Source: Candidatus Omnitrophota bacterium (GTDB lineage: Bacteria > Omnitrophota > Gorgyraeia > Gorgyraeales > Gorgyraeaceae). Taken from it: a DNA stretch of 62,915 nucleotides. The position numbers were made by a program, and so were the translations under genes. The stretch spans positions 1-62,915 of the forward strand of contig JAHIEN010000108.1 in the NCBI GenBank assembly GCA_018901615.1, written 5' to 3'. Each line of letters begins with the position of its first letter. Within the stretch, counting starts at the first letter, position 1. Of this stretch, positions 56,587-62,915 are shown in pieces. Below the pieces are notes generated by a model that did not search any database, had not been told where the DNA came from, and saw nothing but the letters and a program-made list of their open reading frames with translations.

Positions 56587-57882
56587 CTAAGGCCTCGCTT
56601 TGGACAAGGCCTTTCTTATCATATTTAGCGCCGCTTGAGTCGATTTAAATTTGATTATCTTTCGTTGTCCAAGAAACCTGAATTCTTTACAGATAGTTTT
56701 TCTTTTCGCGGATAACGCGATGTAAACTAACCCGACAGGCTTTTTAGCTGTTCCGTTGCCAGGTCCGGCGATCCCGCTTATGCCGATACCTATATCTGTC
56801 TCAGCCAGTAGCCTTATATTTTTTGCCATAGAGGCGGCCACCTGTCTTGAGACAGCGCCGTATTTTTTGATAATTTCCATGGGGATATCAAGCAGTTTAT
56901 TTTTTGATTCATTACTGTAAGTTACGACCCCCGCCTTAAAATATCTGGAGCTGCCAGGAACATCAGTGATCCTGTTTGCCAGGAGCCCGCCTGTACAGGA
57001 TTCCGCCAGGGCAATGCTTTTTTTAGTCCTGAGAAGAAGCCTTCCGGTTATTTCTTCAAGGCCTTCATCGTCATAGGCGAAGATATGATCTCCAAGCCGG
57101 GATTCGATCCTTTTTTCTATTTTATTAATGGCGGTATTCGCGAGTTTTTTATTTTTTTCAGTCACTGTTATCTTTACAGCGATCTCTTCAGGATGCGGAT
57201 ATATGCCCATCTGAATATTTCCTTTAATATTAAGGATATCCTTGATCTTTTCATTTACCCTGGATTCAGGAAGCCCTGTTATTTTTATCACCCTTGATTT
57301 TATTATTAGACCCGGTTTAAAGGTTTTTTTGAGAAAAGGTATTATGGCCTGTTCAAACATGTCGCGCATCTCGAAAGGCACGCCCGGCAATGCAAAGAGG
57401 ATCTTCTTCTTCATCCTGACTTTCTCCCTTTTGGAAAAAGGGGAGGGCGAAGGGATAGGTATTATGAGACCAGGGGCGCTGCCGATATTGTTCAGTACAG
57501 CTGTGGCGCCTTCGGGGATCAGGGCCTGGCGGAGGTTGTTTTTTGGCATCTTCAGATTTCTTTTTTTAAAATGGGTTTTTATATTTTCAGCTACTTTTTT
57601 TTGCAGGATTAATTTTCTATCAAGGGTCTTTGATATACATCCCAGGGTTATGTCGTCCACAGTAGGGCCCAGCCCCCCTGTAAGGATGACTATGTCGGAA
57701 TCGCTCAATGAACTTCTAATAGCGTGAATAATAGTATCTTCTTCATCAGGAACAGAGATATGCTTGGAGGTCTTGATGCCTATAGAGGAAAGTCTTCTGG
57801 ATATATATTCGGCGTTTGTATTAGAGATATGGCCGAGGAGTATTTCATTGCCTATGCAGATCACATGAGCCTGTATGTCCAT
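56587..57882 (-). CDS. cinA: Competence/damage-inducible protein CinA (MoCF-type domain plus PncC-like nicotinamide-nucleotide amidase domain)
   Basis: N-terminal VICIGNEILLGHISNTNAEY, C-terminal AESCTGGLLANRITDVPGSS. The start is uncertain (ATG 57882 or TTG 57900). Confidence 0.85.
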   Translation of the reverse strand: MDIQAHVICIGNEILLGHISNTNAEYISRRLSSIGIKTSKHISVPDEEDTIIHAIRSSLSDSDIVILTGGLGPTVDDITLGCISKTLDRKLILQKKVAENIKTHFKKRNLKMPKNNLRQALIPEGATAVLNNIGSAPGLIIPIPSPSPFSKREKVRMKKKILFALPGVPFEMRDMFEQAIIPFLKKTFKPGLIIKSRVIKITGLPESRVNEKIKDILNIKGNIQMGIYPHPEEIAVKITVTEKNKKLANTAINKIEKRIESRLGDHIFAYDDEGLEEITGRLLLRTKKSIALAESCTGGLLANRITDVPGSSRYFKAGVVTYSNESKNKLLDIPMEIIKKYGAVSRQVAASMAKNIRLLAETDIGIGISGIAGPGNGTAKKPVGLVYIALSAKRKTICKEFRFLGQRKIIKFKSTQAALNMIRKALSKARP

Positions 57883-58008
57883 AGGAGATATTATAAGCAA
57901 TAGTTACAAAAGAAGCAAATTTTTTTTGAAAGAAATGGCAGGGGTGGTGTGTCTTATATGAAGGGAGGAGGTGATGTTATAATTTGCTTTACTTTAATGC
58001 GTTATGAC

Positions 58009-58017
58009 TGGTATAAT
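58009..58017 (+). promoter_or_regulatory. Candidate extended -10 element (TGGTATAAT) upstream of recA
   Basis: TGnTATAAT match at 58009-58017, about 125 nt upstream of the recA ATG. There is no good -35 at 17-nt spacing. Confidence 0.3.
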
Positions 58018-58141
58018 TTTAACGAAGACATAGTTTACAGAAATCTCAGATTTTTGTAAACTGTATGTCTGAGTTAAATCCACCGCAGGCGGATTAAATT
58101 TGTCCGATTCAAGCGGACTTACTTATTTGAGGAGGTTTAAG

Positions 58142-59176
58142 ATGGCTAAGAAAGAAGAAAAAAAGACAGTAGAGCAGAATGACAAGGAAAAGGCCCTGAA
58201 TACGGCATTTACGCAGATAGAGAAACAGTTTGGCAAGGGCTCCATAATGAGGCTTGGACAAGAGACCAATTTTGACGTGGACGTGATCCCTACAGGGGCG
58301 TTGTCGCTTAACCTGGCATTGGGCGTAGGGGGCGTGCCAAGGGGCAGGGTTGTGGAGATATTCGGACCTGAGGCAGGCGGAAAGACGACATTGACGCTGA
58401 GTATTATTTCAGAGGCGCAGAAGAAAGGCGGGGTGGCTGCTTTTATTGACGCGGAACACGCGTTAGACCCTACCTATGCAAAAAAATTAGGCGTGAATCT
58501 GGATGACCTCTTGATCTCCCAGCCAGATACAGGCGAGCAGGCCCTTGATATTGCCGAGATGCTTGTCAGGAGCAAGGCAGTTGACCTTATTGTCATAGAC
58601 TCTGTGGCAGCGCTTGTGCCCAGGGCAGAGATCGAAGGTGAGATGGGCGACAGACACATAGGCCTTCAGGCAAGGCTTATGTCCCAGGCCCTCAGAAAAT
58701 TGACTGCAGTGATCTCAAAGACAAATACCTGCATGATTTTTATAAACCAGATAAGGGAAAAGATAGGCGTCATGTTCGGGAGTCCTGAGGTTACGACTGG
58801 CGGACGGGCCTTGAAATTTTATTCTTCCGTAAGAATAGACCTGAGAAGGATCGGAGCTATAAAGTCAGGCGATGCTGTAATAGGCGCAAGGATAAGGGCC
58901 AAGGTTGTAAAGAACAAGGTCGCCCCGCCGTTCAAAAAAGCGGAATTCGATATAATGCACGATGAAGGTATTTCAAAATCAGGCAATATCCTGGACCTGG
59001 GCGTCGAAGAAGGAGTCTTGGGAAAGAGCGGTTCATGGATAACGTACGGGGATGAAAAGATAGGCCAGGGCAGGGAGTCAGCCAGGGAATTTCTAAAAGG
59101 CAATCTCAAGCTCAGCAATGAGATCGAGAAGAGAATAAAAGAAGTGGCGTTGAGTAAGGCGTCAGCTAAAAAATGA
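58142..59176 (+). CDS. recA: Recombinase RecA
   Basis: The ATG at 58142 lies 6 nt after [15 protein letters not shown] Walker [36 protein letters not shown]. Confidence 0.95.
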   Translation: MAKKEEKKTVEQNDKEKALNTAFTQIEKQFGKGSIMRLGQETNFDVDVIPTGALSLNLALGVGGVPRGRVVEIFGPEAGGKTTLTLSIISEAQKKGGVAAFIDAEHALDPTYAKKLGVNLDDLLISQPDTGEQALDIAEMLVRSKAVDLIVIDSVAALVPRAEIEGEMGDRHIGLQARLMSQALRKLTAVISKTNTCMIFINQIREKIGVMFGSPEVTTGGRALKFYSSVRIDLRRIGAIKSGDAVIGARIRAKVVKNKVAPPFKKAEFDIMHDEGISKSGNILDLGVEEGVLGKSGSWITYGDEKIGQGRESAREFLKGNLKLSNEIEKRIKEVALSKASAKK

Positions 59177-59222
59177 CCTGCCTCAAGCGGATTATTTAAG
59201 GATAAAAGGAGGCAGCATAAAG

Positions 59223-60668
59223 ATGGTTAAAAATCTGCTATTGATAGCCCTGATGTTAGGCATGGTTTCAAGGGGCGTTTCCGCGGAACCTACTGATGAG
59301 GCGCTGAGCCTGCAGGAGGCGTTTGTCAGGGTCTCCAAGGATGCCGGCCCTGCTGTAGTAAGCATTAGCACTGAACACGTGGAACATTATCAGACCAGAT
59401 ATTATCCCTTTTCCCAATTTCAGGACCAGTTCTTTGACGAATTTTTCAGTGATTTTTTTGTAACAGGGCCTGACAGGGAATTTAAAAAAATAGGACTTGG
59501 CTCAGGGGTGATCGTTAATAAAGAAGGATACGTCCTTACAAATGAACATGTGATTCACGGAGCTGATAAGATCACTGTTACCCTGCCTGATGGAAGAGAA
59601 TTTGAGGGGCAATTGACAGGCTCTGATATCTATTCTGACCTCGCGGTTGTCAAGATCGGTTCGGAAGACGATTTACCATTCGCAAAGCTGGGAGATTCTG
59701 ATGAGGTAGAAATAGGCCACTGGGCCATAGCAATAGGCAATCCTTTTGCCTTTGCTGTCAGGAATCCTGAGCCCACTGTCACAGTCGGGGTGGTAAGCGC
59801 TTTGCGCAGGAGTCTTCCAAGGACAGATAAGAGGGCCCGTGAATATTCTGACCTGATCCAGACAGACGCCTCGATCAATCCGGGCAATAGCGGCGGTCCG
59901 CTTGTAAATATACGCGGAGAGGTCATAGGAATAAACGTGGCTATATTCACCATGAGCGGAGGTTCAGAAGGTATAGGTTTTGCAATACCCGTTAATACAG
60001 CAAAGAAGGTAATGGATGACCTGATGCAGGGCAGAAAGGTCTTGTACGGATGGGTTGGAGTCATAATCCAGGATGTAGACGAGGACCTGGCGGGATATTT
60101 TGGTCTTTTGGAAAAAAACGGGGTGTTGATATCGAGGATCCTGGAGAATAGCCCGGCTGAAAAGGCAGGTCTTAGACCAGGGGATATAATAGTGTCTTTT
60201 GATAAAAATAAGATAAGGGACACGCAGGATCTGATCAGCAGGGTATTAAAAAAAGATATAGGCGGCAAGGCCTTGCTTGAGATAGTCAGGAAGAGGAAGG
60301 TTTACTCTGTGGATGTGGAAATAGGCGAACGGCCCGAAGATAGAGGCCTGGCTGTCAGCAAAAAAGCGCAAATAGATCAAGGGCCGGCAGCGCAGCCACC
60401 AAAGAACTGGAACGGCATAGAGGTCTCTGAGATCACGCAAGACATCGCAGCCCGATTTAAGCTCAGCCCAGGGTCAGGGGTTATTGTCGCGGGAGTGGAG
60501 CAGGGAAGCGTTGCTGAAGATGCCGGCATAAGGGTGGGCGACATTATCCATGAAATAAATAGGCAGCCCATTAAAAATATAACAGAGTACAATGACGCGA
60601 TTAAAGGCCTTTCAGGCGACGTGCTTGTGGGCACGTATAGAGGGTATGTATTAATAAAAGAGAAATAG
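59223..60668 (+). CDS. htrA: Periplasmic serine endoprotease DegP/HtrA (Do family) with two PDZ domains
   Basis: Signal peptide. Catalytic triad context TNEHVI, SDLAVVKI, GNSGGPLVN. Two PDZ-like segments (GVLISRILENSPAEKAGLRPGDII and GVIVAGVEQGSVAEDAGIRVGDII). Confidence 0.9.
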   Translation: MVKNLLLIALMLGMVSRGVSAEPTDEALSLQEAFVRVSKDAGPAVVSISTEHVEHYQTRYYPFSQFQDQFFDEFFSDFFVTGPDREFKKIGLGSGVIVNKEGYVLTNEHVIHGADKITVTLPDGREFEGQLTGSDIYSDLAVVKIGSEDDLPFAKLGDSDEVEIGHWAIAIGNPFAFAVRNPEPTVTVGVVSALRRSLPRTDKRAREYSDLIQTDASINPGNSGGPLVNIRGEVIGINVAIFTMSGGSEGIGFAIPVNTAKKVMDDLMQGRKVLYGWVGVIIQDVDEDLAGYFGLLEKNGVLISRILENSPAEKAGLRPGDIIVSFDKNKIRDTQDLISRVLKKDIGGKALLEIVRKRKVYSVDVEIGERPEDRGLAVSKKAQIDQGPAAQPPKNWNGIEVSEITQDIAARFKLSPGSGVIVAGVEQGSVAEDAGIRVGDIIHEINRQPIKNITEYNDAIKGLSGDVLVGTYRGYVLIKEK

Positions 60669-60695
60669 CTGTTCGAGGTTAAACCTCGAACAGCT
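60667..60695 (+). terminator. Perfect 12-bp hairpin immediately after the htrA stop
   Basis: agctgttcgagg (60667-60678), loop ttaaa, then cctcgaacagct (60684-60695). No clear T tract follows, so terminator function is uncertain. Confidence 0.4.
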
Positions 60696-60718
60696 ATGTA
60701 TTCGCACAATCATTTAAT

Positions 60719-62915
60719 ATGAAAGTTGACGAAATACGGGAAAGATTTCTGAAATTCTTCGAACAGCGCGGGCACATGGTCTATCCAAGCGATTCGCTTG
60801 TGCCGCAGAATGATCCCACACTCCTTTTTACAGGAGCTGGCATGAATCAATTCAAAGAAGAATTCCTGGGCAGGGTAAAAGGGTCCAGGAGGGCCGCCAC
60901 GTGCCAGAAGTGCCTGAGGACAGGCGACCTTGATAATGTCGGCAGGACGCCTGATCACCATACATTTTTTGAGATGCTGGGAAATTTTTCTTTCGGCGAT
61001 TACTTTAAAAAAGAAGCGATTGCGTGGGCCTGGGAATTTCTCACAAAAGAACTGGGATTAAAGGGATCTGACCTGTGGGTGTCTGTATATAAAGATGATG
61101 ACGAGGCGTATGATATCTGGAAAGATGCTATAAGAATTCCGACAGAGAAAATAGCGAGACTGGGGGAAAAGGACAATTTCTGGCCAGCCAGCGCTCCTAG
61201 CAAAGGGCCGAATGGCCCTTGCGGGCCATGCTCTGAGATCTTTTACGGAGGCCCTGACGGCGTGGAGGTCTGGAACCTTGTTTTTACGCAGTTTGACAGA
61301 AAAGACGGAGGTAAACTTGATACTCTGCCGAATAAAAATATAGACACAGGCATGGGCCTTGAAAGGATCACAAGGGTCATGCAGGGCAAGAAGACAAATT
61401 TTGAGATAGATTTGTTTGTGCCAATAGTAGATGAAATAGTGAAATATGCGGGGAAAAGCCCGAATATTAATACTGTTAATGCCATAGCAGACCATATTCG
61501 CGCAGTGACTTTTGCTGTTGGAGACGGCATATTGCCCTCGAATGAGGAGAGGGGTTATGTCATACGCAAGTTGATCAGAAGGGCATTCTGGTATGGCAGG
61601 TCAATGGGTATTAAAAAGCCTTTTCTGTATAAGCTGGTCTTCGTGGTGTCAGACGCGATGAAAAGGCCTTACCCTGAACTTACGGGCCGAAGAGAAGATA
61701 TCAGCCAGGTAGTGTTAGCGGAGGAAATGAGATTTACAAGCACAATAGAAGAAGGACTTGCGCGACTGGAAGAAATAACTGAAATAGCCAACAAACAGAG
61801 AAAATGCAATATTATTTCAGGAGAAGATATCTTTAAACTTTATGATACCTATGGTTTTCCAGTGGAACTGACTCAGGAGATAGCCGCGACAAAAGGGCTG
61901 AAACTTGACCTCAAGGGTTTTGAATCGCGAATGAAGGAACAGCGCGTCAAATCACGCGCCTCCAGCAAGATGAAAGGCCCTATATTCGACGTCAAGGGAG
62001 ACGCAAAGATAGAATTGCCGGAAGAAAGCATTTTTATAGAAGATAAAGAAAAGATAGTGACCGAGGTATCTAAGGTTTCAGGGAACTTTGTATTTTTAAA
62101 AGAGACTAATTTCTATGGAGAAAAAGGAGGCCAGACAGGCGATACTGGTGTATTGATTAAAGACGGGAAGGTTGTTATAGATGTTGTGAATGCTATAGAT
62201 ATTGCGGGCAGGATCCAGCACGAGATCAAGTCAAAAGGCGGCAATTTAAAGGCCGGCGATAAAGTAACGGCAAAGATAGATATAAAACGCCGCGAAGCAA
62301 TAAAAAAGAATCACACGGCAACGCACCTTCTTCATAACGCGCTGAGGACTGTTTTGGGCGAACACGTGAGGCAGGCAGGGTCTCTGGTCGCGCCGGACAG
62401 GCTCAGATTTGACTTTACGCATTTTAAGGGCCTTACAGATGAGGAGCTTGAGAGGGTCGAAGGGCTTGTAAATAAAAACATAAAAGGCGACAGCCCTATT
62501 GAGATAAAAGAGATGACAGTTGATGAGGCAAAGGAGCGGGGCGCGATAGCCCTTTTTGGTGAAAGGTACGGAGAAAAAGTAAGGATGGTTTCCGTAGGAG
62601 ATTACAGCAAGGAGCTGTGCGGCGGTACGCACGTAGAGCGCACCGGAGAAATAAAACTATTTAAGATAATATCAGAATCTTCTATTGCCAGCGGCGTAAG
62701 AAGGATAGAGGCTTTTACAGGCGCGGCGGCCCTGTCAAAAGTCAAAGAAGAAAAAGATATACTGACGCAGGCGGCAAAAGAATTAAAGACCGTGCCTGGG
62801 AACGTGCTTAAAGAAATAAGCGCGCTGACGGGAAAACTTAAAGGGCTCGAGAGAGGGCTTGAGGCCATAAAAGACAGGTTAGCTCAGTCTAATATAGACG
62901 CACTGTCGAATAATA
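60719..62915 (+). CDS. alaS: Alanine--tRNA ligase, 3'-truncated by the window edge
   Basis: Not in the ORF track because it has no stop in the window. Translating from the ATG at 60719 gives MKVDEIRERFLKFFEQRGHMVYPSDSLVPQNDPTLLFTGAGMNQFKE, then HHTFFEMLGNFSFGDYFK, PCGPCSEIFY, HTATHLLHNALR and ELCGGTHV. Confidence 0.9.
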   Translation, partial: MKVDEIRERFLKFFEQRGHMVYPSDSLVPQNDPTLLFTGAGMNQFKEEFLGRVKGSRRAATCQKCLRTGDLDNVGRTPDHHTFFEMLGNFSFGDYFKKEAIAWAWEFLTKELGLKGSDLWVSVYKDDDEAYDIWKDAIRIPTEKIARLGEKDNFWPASAPSKGPNGPCGPCSEIFYGGPDGVEVWNLVFTQFDRKDGGKLDTLPNKNIDTGMGLERITRVMQGKKTNFEIDLFVPIVDEIVKYAGKSPNINTVNAIADHIRAVTFAVGDGILPSNEERGYVIRKLIRRAFWYGRSMGIKKPFLYKLVFVVSDAMKRPYPELTGRREDISQVVLAEEMRFTSTIEEGLARLEEITEIANKQRKCNIISGEDIFKLYDTYGFPVELTQEIAATKGLKLDLKGFESRMKEQRVKSRASSKMKGPIFDVKGDAKIELPEESIFIEDKEKIVTEVSKVSGNFVFLKETNFYGEKGGQTGDTGVLIKDGKVVIDVVNAIDIAGRIQHEIKSKGGNLKAGDKVTAKIDIKRREAIKKNHTATHLLHNALRTVLGEHVRQAGSLVAPDRLRFDFTHFKGLTDEELERVEGLVNKNIKGDSPIEIKEMTVDEAKERGAIALFGERYGEKVRMVSVGDYSKELCGGTHVERTGEIKLFKIISESSIASGVRRIEAFTGAAALSKVKEEKDILTQAAKELKTVPGNVLKEISALTGKLKGLERGLEAIKDRLAQSNIDALSNN

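Noticed and set aside
1-62915. Scan for CRISPR arrays, tRNA/rRNA genes, transposases, integrases, toxin-antitoxin pairs or classical defence genes.
   Set aside because: No regularly spaced direct repeats with unique spacers were seen, and no cloverleaf-like sequences in the intergenic gaps. No ORF shows DDE, tyrosine or serine recombinase, nuclease or helicase motifs. The by-eye tRNA search is not exhaustive.

Overview
AT-rich bacterial chromosomal window from a diderm-type organism (porin and periplasmic binding protein present). No phylum is assigned. It has three parts. (1) 1-14.3 kb is a surface-glycan locus. It holds a TPR protein built from near-identical 102-bp tandem units, two SGNH hydrolase paralogs (one frameshifted, with TPRs inserted in the fold), three GT4 and two GT2 glycosyltransferases, a GH5-like multidomain hydrolase, and one inverted O-antigen polymerase/ligase-family gene. 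It ends with a B12-type radical-SAM gene and a methyltransferase. (2) 14.4-44.6 kb is a ~30 kb co-directional, tightly packed array that begins at a near-consensus sigma70-like promoter. It encodes a porin, a NitT/TauT-type ABC importer whose binding-protein gene is separated from its permease genes by four enzyme genes, ten further radical-SAM genes (seven B12-binding type), and an aminotransferase-fold protein lacking the catalytic lysine. It also encodes a ~1200-aa membrane-anchored beta-propeller protein, a RidA-family protein, a ketopantoate-reductase-like protein, an ABC-2 exporter and a HemN-like enzyme. I could not match this array to any described pathway, and it is the main candidate for a novel system. 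A GT-C glycosyltransferase with an NTF2-like tail and a free-standing paralog of that tail follow on the minus strand (44.6-47.1 kb). (3) 47.2-62.9 kb is a more GC-rich housekeeping block: rpsO-pnp, uppP, ftsK, rodZ, rimO, pgsA, pgpA, thpR, cinA, recA, htrA and a 3'-truncated alaS that is absent from the ORF track. This block contains several structured intergenic elements. No rRNA, tRNA, CRISPR array, transposase or integrase was recognised. All calls rest on by-eye motif recognition, not on searches.
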